A DNA stretch of 64,000 nucleotides from Somniosus microcephalus (taxonomy: Eukaryota), in assembly GCA_052327205.1 (NCBI GenBank), contig JBMRGM010000043.1, forward strand, positions 31,806,001 to 31,870,000, read 5' to 3'. The position numbers and the translations under genes are program-made. This document shows positions 1-13,180 of this stretch, in pieces (the stretch's first letter is position 1; each line of letters opens with the position of its first letter). The notes beneath the pieces are model-generated. The model was not told where the DNA came from. It did not search any database and saw only the letters and a list, made by a program, of their open reading frames with translations.

Positions 1-3000
1 TCTCGCTGCCTCTGTGCCTATCACAATCTATGTTGTTTAATATCCCTCTTTCACAGTATTCTATCTCTATCTCTATTTCTAACACTATCTCTGTCTCTAT
101 CTCTATCTCCATCTATAATCTCTAATCTCTATTTCTGTCCCTAATCTGTCATTAATCTCTGATATTACAATATTACCATTATGCACACCTGTTGATTGCT
201 AAACTGTGTAAATCCTTAGTAAATGGATCTCGACAGCAAGAAAATGTGCATTACGTAGAGGAAACAGGAAGCTAAATTATGAAAATTTGGCAGTTACTTT
301 ACTTGGAGACTCTTAAGAGCCGAGATGGTATTACTTAGCCACCAATAGATTGAATAAAATAAAAGTGATCTTACTTTCGTTAGAAATCTCTTTCTTAATC
401 CTTATATTCGATCTGAAAATTATTTCCTTGTGAGAATATATCAAACGAGTAATGGAAACGGACTGATAATATGCAATACAATTGAGATTGTTGCATTGAT
501 AGAATGTTAATTTCCTTTCATGGTAAGTTTGAATCTTCTGACTATTACGTGGCTCCTGTGACACGAATCATCAACTGGAAGGGAATCGAGAGCCTGGGCA
601 CCTAGAAGAAAAATACGGATGATCGGAGTCTACAGGAAACTGCATAACCTTCCAGAGGCATTCATTGAAGCAAGCATGTTATTCTACAATTGGCTAAAGA
701 AGTTTATTGCAAGGAGAGCACCTCATTTTGAGATGTTCACTCAAAAGAAAAACTGTGGAATCGTCACGTTTTACCCAAGAATAGGATCTTTCTTCACAAG
801 ATCCTCTATGTACAGAACCTGATTCATCTCTCTGTTGTATACAGCTTTTGATTGATCATCACAGAGAATAAGTAGCCCACCTCGAACAACTTAATCATCT
901 GTTTGTGGATGTACATGCCGATGGTCAATGATCAATTGAAACCTTTGGTAAACTAGCTTCCCGACTGTGATTGGAATATTTTCATTCGGACCTAAATGAC
1001 TTTCTATCGCTTGGACATTTCTCTTGTATACACCAGATAATTAACTGCTTATCTCCCAGATGTTTCGGGACATCTTCTGATTGACAGATTTCACCTGAAA
1101 TTTTCGTGTTGGTTCTAATTGATTGCTTATAACTTGGGTGTATCATTTCAGCTACTGACTGATTGGATTAAGGTCTGGATATTTTCATGTATAAGCCTTA
1201 TACTTTCTGAAGCTTACTGAATATTTGTTACCCGAAAAATTCTCTGCTGGACAATTTCTTTCAGAGTCATGTTTCCTTGATTATAACATATTGACGTCGG
1301 AGAACACTGGCTGATTTTAACTCGAGTGTATCATTTCAGCTCCTGATCAGTTGGCTTCGGGCCTCGATAGTTTCAGGTAAAAGCAGGTTGGCTGAATGTC
1401 ACCTTGGCACTGTCTTTTGGCAGCTGAATTCATAATTCTAACCGGAATAATTCTCAGCTGGACGCCTTCGTTCACTGACGATATCCAAACATTTCTTCTG
1501 GAATTCGGAAAAAACTGATTGATTGATTGTTTCCACCATAGGCTCTTGAAATTTAACAATAATCGACATTACTATTGCAGGCATCACTTATCATCAGGAG
1601 AATATAACTAACCCGTTGAAGACTGTTCCCTATTACTAAATGAACAACGCAATAATTAGCGCATTCTGCATCTCAATTTCAGGTGGAATCAATGTCTGAG
1701 GAAGGGAAAATTCTGACTGAGCTGTAACATGAATCGTCCTTCTTACACTAGAACTAAGTAGATGAATGATTAACTATTAGAAAGACTAAACATGAAATAG
1801 CGGCATTGGTTATTGTTGAACAGACTGGGGGAAGGTGTCGTTTCTATGGTTGAAATGGTGAAGAAGCACGAAGTTTTGAACTTAAGCATAATGTGGAGAT
1901 GCTGTGTCGGATAGTTTGAACACGAGCATCTGTTCTGATACACTTGTTTAGTAAACCTTCCTGTGTGTACCGTGTCTAGACTCACTGAAAGTGATGGGAA
2001 TGGACTCTTGTATGTTTAACGCTGTTATGTGAAAATATTGCACCAGTTAGTCTAGGCACAGTAACTGATTGCAGGAATTCGACAGCGGTACTTGTGATTT
2101 ACTAATAGTTTGAGTCTAGTACGATTTCAGCTGGATGATAGCATAAATGCAGTCAACGCTATTGATTAGGGACGAGAATGATATTGAAGCATATTTAATA
2201 GCTACTCACAGATTGATGTGGTGTTAATGATTCACAGCATAATAGTTTCCCCACAGCGAGAGGAAGGCAGGATTGATGCTTGACACATGGCGTTTTTAAA
2301 GCCTTGAAGAAAGACTAGGGAGGATATTATTTTGTGATTCTATGTCGAGGAGAACAGATGATTCCCTGACAGACTGCAGTCTACAGACTTGAACAATAGT
2401 GTTATCCTTTGCAGTTAAAATCGAGAGAAAGGGACATGGAGGAGATTTCATTGGTTTATAACACATTAGTAACAATATTAATTTTTAAATAAAGAATAAC
2501 AAAACTGAGTAAAGATAATAATCATTGCTATTCAGATTGTTGCTACTTAACTGATATTTTGGTAATGCTTTGTACAGGAGCGGAATTATTGATTCACTGC
2601 CAGTCTGCTCACGGACATAAATTATCGAAATAAAAAAAAGCAGATAAAGTGAATGACTTACAGGCAGGTTGGGGATGAAAGTTATTACCAGTTGCAAAAT
2701 CTTGGACACCTGAATTATAATTTGAGCAGTCGCACTGGACAGGTTTGATGCCAGAATGAGTTCAGGAACTAATAGAGAGACAGAAGAAAGGGACGATATC
2801 CGATATTTACCCAAATTATATGGAAATTTAGTGACTGCAGGAAGATTGAGTGGACCTGTAGTAAGATTAGCAGAGAGGCTGAAGGTCACTTTTTAAGATG
2901 CATCAGCAAACGTGGGGCTGGGCAGCATTGGGGATTGCTGGTACGCTGGGAATAAGCTTTTACAAATTCAAAGACAAAGATTTGACAAGCCCAACAAACA

Positions 3001-3330
3001 ACGCTTTGCAGGGAATGTCATTCTTTAGATTGTTAGGGTGATTTTTGTTCGTTGTCGAAAGTCACTGGCTTCAGACCAGAGCAGATTTGTCATTAACAAA
3101 TAACGGAATTATGACGCTGTCGATGACGTGAAAACAAATGGATTTTTGTAAAGATTAACTAATGACTCGGGGACGGTCACACCAAGGAGGTATTATTTAT
3201 TCATTGATAGTAGGCGGTTAAACCGAATATCAAACACATGGGAACCGTACAATATACTTAAATGTCTCCATCGCATTTGCAGTCTGTAGTGTGTTGACAT
3301 TTCTCGTTGACAATCTGGCAGAAAGAGACG

Positions 3331-3880
3331 TCACAGAGCAGTTCCGTGCAATAGATTTTTAAATAGGTTTACGGACTCCCAGACCGCCTGTTTGTTTTGC
3401 AGTCTGGAGGAGTCCGTGACTCATGTTTATGTCGAGTGCGAGAGGTTGCAGCCCCTCTTCCATTATTTAAGGGGGCTGCTCCTCAAGTTTTGGTTGCACT
3501 TCAGTCCCACGCTCCTGATCTACGGTCACCCGGTGCGGAGGGGAGCGGGCAGGTCGGAGGACCTCCTCGTGGGTCTGCTCCTGGGCCTGGCAAAGGTAAC
3601 CATCAATCGGTCCAGGCAGCGGGCGGTCGAGGGGGTCGTCCAGCCAGATTGCCTCCCGCGCTTCCGCGGCCATGTTCGCGCCCGGGTGGCCCTGGAGATG
3701 GAGCACGCGGTCTCCGCCGGCACGCTCGAGCAATTTCGTGACCGGTGGGCGCCGCGGGGACTGGAGTGCATAATAGGTCCAAATGACCAAATTTTAATTT
3801 AATTTCTGATTTGGGTTATTAAAAGTTCTTAAAAGTTACTGGATTTTTAGTTGCATTTGTTTTTGATTTAACACAAGAGG
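3331..3880 (+). mobile_element. 5'-truncated Tx1/L1-clade LINE (ORF2 C-terminus)
   Basis: ORF 3392-3802 with a CxxC-x7-H-x4-C zinc knuckle and LLLGLAK...SR motif; 11-bp TSD agaaagagacg at 3320-3330 and 3881-3891. Confidence 0.85.
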
Positions 3881-4849
3881 AGAAAGAGACGAACACGGGG
3901 ACCCGAACACGGGGATGTTGCTAACAGACAGAGCAGTCGCTATGCTGATTTACAGGCGCATAGTTTGAGCTCTACTTTGCAGGAGATTTTCCTACCAGCG
4001 AGCTTCCACTGGCAGAATTGATCACAGATTGAATGGAGAAATTGTACTATTCATGGACTATCTGGGCAGGAGATTTCCATGTTGCGGCACTCATCATGTA
4101 CATTGGAGTTCAGCCCGTCAGTTGGAGGGATACTGTGCGGACGTGACAGTGCTGGCGATATTGATAGGTTATGGAAAAGCACGACCGGGGATTTTCATAC
4201 ACTGAAGCGAGGTAAGATACTGCTGGGTGACAGATATACTGTAAATGTAAACTCCTGATGATTTCTAGGCCTATTTCTCTGAGGCATTATTTGTGTGCAA
4301 AGCAGTGCTTTTATTGGTGAAAGACGAATATCCTATACCAGGCGGTGTGGCAGCATTGTCACTGCACACACGTTTGAAGAAGTCTATTTATATGATTGTA
4401 ATCAGGGGAGAGTTATTACTGATGATTGACATTCTGGTGTGGGAGGAGTGTCTGTAATAAACGCACGTGTTAGTTACCAGCTTCCCTTTGACACGGGTAT
4501 TCAGAGTTCACCCCCTCATTAGAAAGATTCTGGCGTCCATTGAATAGGTCGCAGTGTTCATTAAATAACTGAGCTTGTTTTATAGTTGTAGGCTCTATTT
4601 CGAATGGCAGCTCAGAATAATCTAAAGTGCTGCAATCAATTAATTGCTCCTTTTAACGATTACATTTAGTAAATGTATCTTGGCTATTGAATTGCCAGGT
4701 GGTTTTTCGTTTCTCTGCTGTTTCTGGCGCAACTGAATTATTTACAAACAACAATCTATTTTCAATTTCGATATGAATACTGCAATATATAATGAAATGT
4801 TGTGATCCATTCAGACGCTGTCTTTAAATATTTTACAAACTGAAAGCTG

Positions 4850-5455
4850 ACGGTACCGGTTCAGGTAGTGTATGGCATAACCAAAGGGCAGGACCTGTAT
4901 AGGTAGCATGTTTATCAGTCCCAGTACTTCATGTAGTTTTGACAGTCCTGTACAAGCAGGACACTGTAGGTACTGATCACAGAGCTGTACAAAGAAGGTA
5001 GCGTGGGAAATAATCACAGATCAGTATCATTAGGCTGGTGTAGGTGATAATATAAAGTCTGAACCTATATGACAGTGCAGATATTAATCATAGTGGTGCA
5101 CCGGTAGGATAGTGTTGGTATAATCAGGAATCTGTATATTTTGCCGTCTATGTACTGATACCAGGTCTGTCCAATTAGGGCAGTGTCGGTACTACTCACA
5201 GACCTGTACACAGACGGCGCTGTAAGTATTAATCATAGACCAGTACCAATAGAACAGTATATGTACTACTTATGCACAGAATAATCATAGTCATGAAACA
5301 GTAGTACAATTTAGATATTAGTCATGGAGCATTACCAGTAGAACAGTGCTGGCGCTAATCAGAAAAGCGGGTATTATAGTTAATAATTACACACTCGGAC
5401 CTCAGCATAGGTACTGATCATAGCCCTGTACCAATAGGGCAGTTTCGGTGCACAT
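4850..5455. repeat. Degenerate minisatellite, unit about 37 bp
   Basis: Unit resembles ggtactaatcatagacctgtaccaataggacagtata; also at 8050-8760 and 36400-37000. Confidence 0.65.
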
Positions 5456-5464
5456 CATTGAATA

Positions 5465-6100
5465 AAACATCTGGGATCTTGGGCTTCATAAAGAGAGGCG
5501 TAGAATACAAAAGCCAGGAAGTTAGGCTAAATCAATATAAATCACTGATTCGTCCCCAGCTAGAGTCTTGTGTCCAATTCTGGGCGCCGCACTTTAGGAA
5601 GGACGTGAAGTCTTTGGAGAGGGTGCAGAAGTGATTTATTAGAATGGCTCCAGGGATGAGGGTATACAGTTACGCGGATAGACTAGAGCAGCTGTGGTGG
5701 TTCTCCTTAGAGCAGAAAACGCTAAGAGGAGATTTGACAGAGGTATTTCAAATGACGAAGACTTTAGGCAGACTAAACCAAGAGAAACTCTTTCCAATGA
5801 CTGAAGCCTCGATAACCAAAGGGCAGAAAAATAAGTTGATTGGCAAAAAAAAGAGGCGACATGAGGAAAAACATTTAACACAACGAGTGTTTAGGATATT
5901 GAATGCATTGCCCAATAGGGTGGTGGGTGTAGATTCAATAGCAGCCTTCAAAAGCGAATTGGATAAATACGTGATGTAGAAACAAACTGCATGGATATGG
6001 GGCAAGAGCAGGGGAGTGGGGCAAACTGGATTGCTCTTGGAAAGAGCCAGCACAGACTCGATGGACCGAATAGCCTGCTTCTGTGCTGTACTATCCCAAC
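5465..6100 (+). mobile_element. CR1 LINE 3' fragment
   Basis: RPQLES CVQFWAP and LRGDLTEVF motifs plus CR1-type 3' tail. Confidence 0.85.
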
Positions 6101-6519
6101 TTCTATAAAGTTATAGGCTCGTGCCAGTAGGACAGTATAGATACAATTTATAATGATGGGGCAAATGTTTCACTGTCATACTTATTGATTGTATTCACAC
6201 GTATAGTGTCACTGATATGGTTAATAGAGTCATACAACACTTACTCAGTAATTACAAAGGTACACCACATCAATAACAACATGCATGGACACATTTTTGA
6301 ACACAGTCAGCACTGAATGTGTAAGATATTCCATTGACCTGCATGTCTGCAATTAGAAGGCTAAACTCATTTAGAGTGCAAAAATTAATGTTCAATTATA
6401 ATTAGAATATTGGTTCTGGTAGAGCAAAGTTAACGGTTACCTGGAGTGAGGCGGATAGTGGGATTAGAATGGCCAGCTAAAGCAGATACACCTGATAAGC
6501 CTGTGCTTAGGCTAATTTG

Positions 6520-7950
6520 TGAGTTGAATCACCTCTTTTGTAAAACAGCGGGTTAATCTCTCGGGAGTTTAATGGTGCCAGAGTGAAAAGCTTTCAGTGG
6601 TCACAGATCCCAGTGCTATCTGCCCTTCCCCTTGTTTCCCCCTCTACCGTTGTGCCAGGCCACACACACAGAGCTTGGTGACCGCTTCCGTAAACCCGTG
6701 AAAAAAACAAGCATTCAGCCTGGGGCCACACATCAGGCCCTGTGTTAACGGTACAAGCTGCGGTTACAATAAATCATATTTAAAACAGTTTCCAGAGATG
6801 TCTCCCGCCTGTATTAAAACTGTTCGCTTCAGAGAAGAATTTATTTTGAAAGTTCCAGGGCTCATTTCACTTTTCAGCGTTAGGGTGGACTCGTCATCAC
6901 GTTAGGTTTAAGTTCCAGTTTTCTCCAATATGGTCAGAAGTCACAGTGATCTCAGTGCGCAGTCGCCTGGTGCATGGGCAGTGAGCTCCACAGCTGCAGA
7001 GTGCTCCCGGGGAACTCGCTCCAGCCGCTGTCTCCTCATTCCCCATAAGTACAGACTCGGGATCTGCGCGTGTGGGCGTTTGGTACTGAAGAAGTAGAAC
7101 AGTGTCAGCGGCTGAATGTGGGCGGGTACATTTGTCGGGAGCTGGAGTGGGAAGCGGAACAATGCGCTTGGGAATAGATTGTTCTGTGTTTGACGGAATC
7201 GACCTGTTCTGGCGCTCGGTTGAAATGTTCACCCAAACCTGACTAAATAGAGGCTGCATTGAATCAAAGAGCATTATGATTCATGGGTCATTTATGTTAG
7301 TCTAAAAGGGTTAACACAGCCAAGTATCAAGCAATGGAGTCATTTTCTGCTCTCCGCCCGAGCTTATAACTGACCTTCTGGAATCGCCACCGTTAATGGA
7401 AACGCTCGATCATCATTTTCAGTGATTAAGGTTGAATATAAAGTGGGCGGTTTCTCTAGAACCCCACTTTTAAGTCTCGGCGCCAAGTTTAATGCATACC
7501 ACATTATATTAAAGACAAAGTGACCTATAAATTGGTCTGGGTGACTGCTAGTTCATTTACCCGGGGTTTGGAAGTGTGCAATCATAATTGAGTAATTAAA
7601 TGGATGGATAAATAGAAATTTCTTTGATGAAGTAACAGCAAATGTTCATGACATTAGTGCGTTACTGTTGTGTATAGACTTTGCAAAAGCGCTTAATGGC
7701 GTTCCACATAATAGACTTGTTTGAGAAATAGAATCCAAAGTATTATGGACAACATAAGGGGCGTCAGCTTAGCACAAGAATGGACACGTGACCTTCCATT
7801 GCCACCATTGTCGCTATGGCTTTTCGGGATATAGACTTATTGTTCGTTAATCAATTGATTACTATAGATGCATCTTAAAGGACATATTCTAAAGGATGCC
7901 ATACCTGTCGTTTAACATATTCCAATTTGTACTTACTTTTTGCTTCTTAT
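6520..7950 (+). pseudogene. Relic third paralogue with no coding exons
   Basis: 6520-7290 matches 38080-38830, 7335-7745 matches intron 2 (12200 and 42420), 7750-7945 matches 44640-44830. Confidence 0.7.
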
Positions 7951-8049
7951 TGTTATCGCACATTGTCAGCCTGTTTTATCTACCTACCGATATATCTCTT
8001 TGTGTTTGTCCTACTATCTATCTAACTATCTGTCTGTTTATTCATCGTC

Positions 8050-8760
8050 AGTATAACAAATAATCAAAGGCAGGCACCAATAGGACAGATAAGGATCCAG
8101 TCATAGGTTGTATCAGTAAAATAGTACAGGTATTAACTATAGACCTGTATCATTAGGACAGCATAGTTGATAAACATAGGCCTCTTCGAGGAGGACAATC
8201 AAGTTTGAAAAATGTGCCTGTAACAAAACGACAGTATAGTTACTCATCAAAGACCTGCAACAATAGGACAATATAAACAGTCATCAAAATACCTGAGCCA
8301 GTATGATAGTTTAGGTATTAATCATAGACCTGCACCAATAGGACGGTATAGATAATGATTAGAGACATGCAGCAGTCGTACATTGCAGGCATTAATCATA
8401 GACCTGTATCAGAAGGACTGTGAATGTACTGAGCATTGACCAGCACCTGTAGGGATATATATGTGGTCATTACTAACTGCATGAGTAGTAAATTACAAGT
8501 TCATTATCCAGTGTCTCTGTCTCGGTTCCAGTTATTGACCAATACCAATAGATTTCAATTAGAGTTCGCCACAGTAGTATAGAGTGGGTATTTATCGGAG
8601 ATCTGGGCAATGGGGTCAGTATAGCTACTAAAAGCTGACTTGTACTAGAAGTGGAGTCAAGTGCTGATCATATACATTCTGCAGGAGGAGAGTCAAGGCA
8701 GCAATCATAGACCTGCACCTTTCGGTGATACCTAGAGTGAGCCCTAGAGAGGAACAATAC
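8050..8760. repeat. Degenerate minisatellite, unit about 37 bp
   Basis: Same unit as 4850-5455. Confidence 0.65.
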
Positions 8761-9109
8761 TGTGTTGAATCACCTATTTGTAAAACATTGCTGACTGGGT
8801 TAGACTCTCAGGACTTAAATGGTTAATTGTGCCAGGGTGCAACAGATTCAGTGGTCTGATGTTTCACTGGTACCAGCCTTTCACCTCTACCGTTGTACCA
8901 GGCCACACATACAGTGCTGGGGTTGACCACTTCCCTAAGCCCGTGAAAAAAACAAGCCTTCAGCCTGGGGTCACAGACCAGGCCAGTCTCGATGTTAACG
9001 GTATAAACTGCGGTTAGAATAAATCATATTTAAAACTGTTTGAACAGATGACTCCGGCCTGGATTCCAACTGTTCGCTTCTGATAGGAATTCATTTTAAA
9101 ACTGACGGG

Positions 9110-9375
9110 GCTCAGTTAACTTTTCAGCGTTAGGGTGGACTCGTCATCACGTCCGGTTTAATTTCCTCTTGTCTCCAATGTGCTCAGAAGTCACAGTGAT
9201 CTCAGTGCGCAGTCGCCTGGTGCATGGGCAGTGAGCTCCACAGCTGCAGACTGCTCTCGGGGAACTCGCTCCAGCCGCTGTCTCCTCATTCCCCGTAAGG
9301 TAAGTACAGACTCGGGATCTGCGCGTGCGGGCGTTTGGTACTGAAGAATTAGAACAGTGTCAGCGGCTGAATGTG
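9110..9375 (+). promoter_or_regulatory. Conserved promoter or 5'UTR exon block of gene 1
   Basis: Same block; gtaaggtaagt donor at 9295; acceptor at 9397. Confidence 0.5.
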
Positions 9376-9481
9376 ATTCTATGATTTCACTTTTCAGGTG
9401 AACGTAACTGAAAACAGCTGATGTGAAGCGCGGGTCTTCACAGAGGGAGTGGAGCTTCTGCTCGGATCCCCTGCATTCGAA

Positions 9482-9512
9482 ATGAAGCACATCTGTCGCC
9501 TTCTGATCTTCT
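9482..9512 (+). CDS. Gene 1 leader exon S1 (MKHICRLLIF), intact
   Basis: 31 nt, gtaagt donor. Confidence 0.75.
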
Positions 9513-10079
9513 GTAAGTGAATCTCAAATATTTCCAGTGCCTTGAAAAATCTGCGTCACTCACGCCGGACCTATAATCAGATTAATAAGGTTCATTCTGC
9601 GAGAGGGAGCGTCACACTAAATTAAAATTCAGCGTTTATTAAGGTCAAACATTCAATTAAAATGCATTGAAATGTCATTTCCATGCTTCAGTTTTAATCA
9701 GAATTTAGTGGAACAACAGAAATAAGTTTGATTAGTCAGGCTAACAGGATCTTTCTGCTCATCTAAGGTTGCAACCGAATTTAGACACATCTAAACGGTC
9801 CAATATTTATTATTTTACCGATTATTTAGCCTCACCTGCAGAAACTGCTTGCACGTTTCTTATTGTTGTCGTTTTGTTAATTAGAAAAAAAAACATTTGT
9901 ATGCGCGTCATATCAAGTATCAGCGTTGGCTCAGTTGACTCACTCTTACAAATTGCTCTTAATACATGCGGTGAGCTTTACAGTGCGTGGGTTCTGTGGC
10001 TAGATGTTAAACTTGGTCCATGTCATTGCTTGATGATTTCGAGTGCGGCAGGCACGCTTCTTGTTAACATCTGCCACAG

Positions 10080-10250
10080 TGCGAGAGAGAGAGAAAGAGA
10101 GAGAGGGGGAGAGAGAGAGGCGGAGCGGGAGTCAGAGCGAGAGTCAATCAGATAGGGACAGAGAGAGGCAGATAGACAGAGATTGTAAGAAAGTAACAAT
10201 CAAGCTGTCCACGAAGGAGAGTGACAGAGAGAGGGAGAGAGGGCAGGAGT
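10080..10250. repeat. GA-rich microsatellite
   Basis: (GA)n and GACA runs. Confidence 0.85.
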
Positions 10251-11254
10251 TTTTTTTTCAACTCAGTTTTGCACATTCACTATGAAGGGCTTATTTTATT
10301 TTCTGTTGTGAGGGAGAAAATAGACATTAATGGGACGACATCCCTTGAGTTAACAAAGCTGAGGAGAACATATTTACTATGATTATACTTGACCTAAACT
10401 GACGGCTTAAGGGTGTTTGGCAGGGAAATTTAAAATGCTGGATCTTTAAAATTAATTTCTGATGCTGTTTCCTGGAATTTAGACAGAAATGACTCTTTAT
10501 GGCCACAGGACATTGTGGCTGCCTTTCTGTGAGATGCTGACGTCAGCGCTCAATTGTCTTGTTACCCACTGGACCACAAGACCAGCAAACAGGAACAAAT
10601 AACAGGGTTTGCATCTTTATTGTACCATCGACTCTTTCACCAGAATCTCATCTATTTCAGTAACTTGACATTAGTTGTGGGACCATGTTGGTCACAGCTA
10701 GTTCCACAAGTTAATGTAGTAGAGCTTATAAGGTGTGAAGTTACTCTTAAATTGTTTGTTCTTGATCTTATAATGTGCCCCATGTTTCATTTGTTGCACA
10801 TCACATAAAACCCCCTTTGTGGAAAGAATTGGACAAATGTAATACTTCAAACATTCACCCTATTGAATCCTAGCTGGATTAAAGGCCCAGGTTCTACGTG
10901 TGTAAAAATGAAATAGAGATACATCTGCATTGATCATTGACCCTTTTGCAATTATTTTTGCAACGTTTCCAGCATCAGGCATTGCCTTAGAAGTGTGATT
11001 CCTGTGGTCTGAGGCGCGACAAAAGCCTTCTGCAGCCAGCCGCTGGGTCTTGTACGAGCAACAGTTGAAACCAAGGCAATACTTGGGCTTCTGATGAGGA
11101 TTAAGATGAGTTAAATGATGATATGAACATTGAAACACGTGTAGTTCATTCAGACCTTCGCACCCGTTCTGTCATTCAATTATATCATGGTTGATCTGTA
11201 CAACTCCAATTAACCCCCTTTGCTCAATAGCTAATGAAACCCTTACTCAACTAG

Positions 11255-11510
11255 TGCCAGCCGTGGCTCAGTGGGTAGCATGCTCCCCTCTGCGTCAGAA
11301 CGTTTGTGGTTTCAAGTCGTACTCCAGAGATTTGAGCACACAATCTAGGCTCAATCTCCAACACAGATTATCTGGTCATCATCATCAGGATGTGAAAATT
11401 GGCTGCCACATTTCCTGCAGTGACTACACATCAAAAGTACTCCATTGGATGCAAGGCGCTTTGGGAAGTCCCGAGGTTGTGAAAGGCGCTATATGAATGC
11501 AAGTCTTATT
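11255..11510 (+). mobile_element. tRNA-derived Deu-type SINE, internally deleted
   Basis: A-box tggctcagtgg; tail gtgaaaggcgctatatgaatgcaag; fuller copy at 41430. Confidence 0.7.
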
Positions 11511-12077
11511 TTTTGGAGTAAAATCTACCTTGACCTCCATCTTGAAAGTCCAATTTAGCCCCAGAGCCCGCAGCATTCTTAGCGCAGTGAGGTTCAATTT
11601 CTCACTACACATTGTGTGAAAAGGTGCTTCCTGATTTCCATCCTAAATGGCCTATCACTAATTTTAAAGAAATGTTCCCTTCTCCTTGACACAACAAACA
11701 CACTCATTGGCTCTCAGAACAAGGAATCATTTCAATCTGTGTCAGTTTCCTTTCATCTGGCAGCATCTTTTCCATTTCATCCACAGACCATTAGGATCTT
11801 CAAAATAGAAGAACAATTTATCTTTATTCGTGAGAGGGTCAATTGGCACAACTCGATGTATTAATATTTTATATTTGCTTCAACTGAACTGAGTAACTCG
11901 CAGCACGTATATACTGGCGGCAAATGTGGTACCATCTGTTTTATGTTCCTGCCGAAGTCGAATTTCACCCCAGGGGTGTTTCCTCTAATCAGCTGCCGTA
12001 CAACATAGCAGCTTAGGTCAACCTTGAAGATGGTCACAGATAATGAAACATATTTTACATTGTCTTCTCTCTTTCAG

Positions 12078-12107
12078 TGCAAATTACTCATCAGGCGACC
12101 ACACAAG
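12078..12107 (+). CDS. Gene 1 leader mini-exon S2, 30 nt (LQITHQATTQ), intact
   Basis: ctttcag acceptor, gtatga donor. Confidence 0.75.
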
Positions 12108-12479
12108 GTATGATGACAATAATGTCCATTATTGATAATAATCCAGTTTGTGAAATGAATTCTTCCAATTTATATCTAGAGGACAGCAACAATCCAGCAA
12201 TAGAGTAATTGTCAGCTGTTCGCCCGAGCATAAAACTGACCACCTGGATTGGTGACCTACAAGAGAAACGTTCGCTCATCATTTTCATTGGTCCAGTGGG
12301 AATGTAAATTGGGCGCTTTCTCTAACAGTCGGCCAGACCCCCAGTTTTAAGCCTCAGCGCCAAGTTTAATGTCTACCACAATATATTAAAGACAAAGTGG
12401 CAGAGAAATTTAGCTGGGTAACTGCTAGTTCATTTAACTGAGGATTGGCAGAGAGTAATCCAAATTGAGTAAATAAATG

Positions 12480-12840
12480 GATGAATACATAGACAGCTCT
12501 TTGATGAAGTAATCGAGAATGCTGATGAAATTGACGCGGTTAATTTTATGTAAGGGCGTTTAATGAATTACCAGATAATAGACTTGTTTGGGAAATAGAA
12601 ACCCAAGTCATTAAGTGGCGGTGCCACCCTGGATTAGAAATTGGCTGAGACAAAAATGAAGAGTGGTTGAGAATGGTCGTTTTTTCGCAATGGAGGGCAG
12701 TTTTCAGTGATGTCTCCCGGAGGCCGGTATTTGGACCACTGCTCTGTCTGATAAATATTAGTGGCCTGGACTTGTATACACCGGGCATAATTTCAAACTT
12801 TGCAGAAGTCACGAAACTCGCTAATGTAGTAAAGAATCAG
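12480..12840 (+). mobile_element. Old CR1 RT fragment (counterpart about 42710-43245)
   Basis: Degenerate GPLL...I.IND / ISNFA motifs. Confidence 0.65.
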
Positions 12841-12898
12841 GGAGATATTTTAACGTATCCAATCTGAACATATTTTGTATTTCTCATTTATTTTTCAG

Positions 12899-13180
12899 CT
12901 TCTGATATGAGTGTAAGTCTGAAAGTCGAGCCAAGAGCCGCGCTGTCTGGTGCAAATATTGCACTGAGGTGTTTGGCGCCTGACCAGAAAAGGGGAGGAA
13001 ACTTCCATTGGTATCGAAACGAAAAGTTAATAGAAGGACATTCTCAATATGTGTACTTCATAATTCAATCTGAATACACCATAGTTAAAGTGGATATTGC
13101 AGATGAGGCATCTTATCGATGTGAACTCATAAGAGACAACAGGAAGTGGGTCTCACCGGAAGTAATGGTCACCGTAACAG
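12899..13180 (+). CDS. Gene 1 Ig exon (Ig2 paralogue), intact, with an in-frame 7-codon insertion
   Basis: ORF 12907-13224; C...WY...DEASYRC; canonical splice sites. Confidence 0.8.

Noticed and set aside
6897-7274. Minus-strand ORFs repeated at 9191 and 38474
   Set aside because: Starts, ends and frames differ among the copies (4-nt insertion near 9297); better explained as the non-coding conserved block.
4850-8760. CRISPR-like periodicity of about 37 bp
   Set aside because: Degenerate head-to-tail units without unique spacers, in vertebrate DNA with no cas genes.
10489-10528. Alternative leader exon MTLYGHRTLWLPF|gtgag
   Set aside because: The ATG is GTG in copy 2 and the peptide is weakly hydrophobic; 9482-9512 is conserved and fits better.
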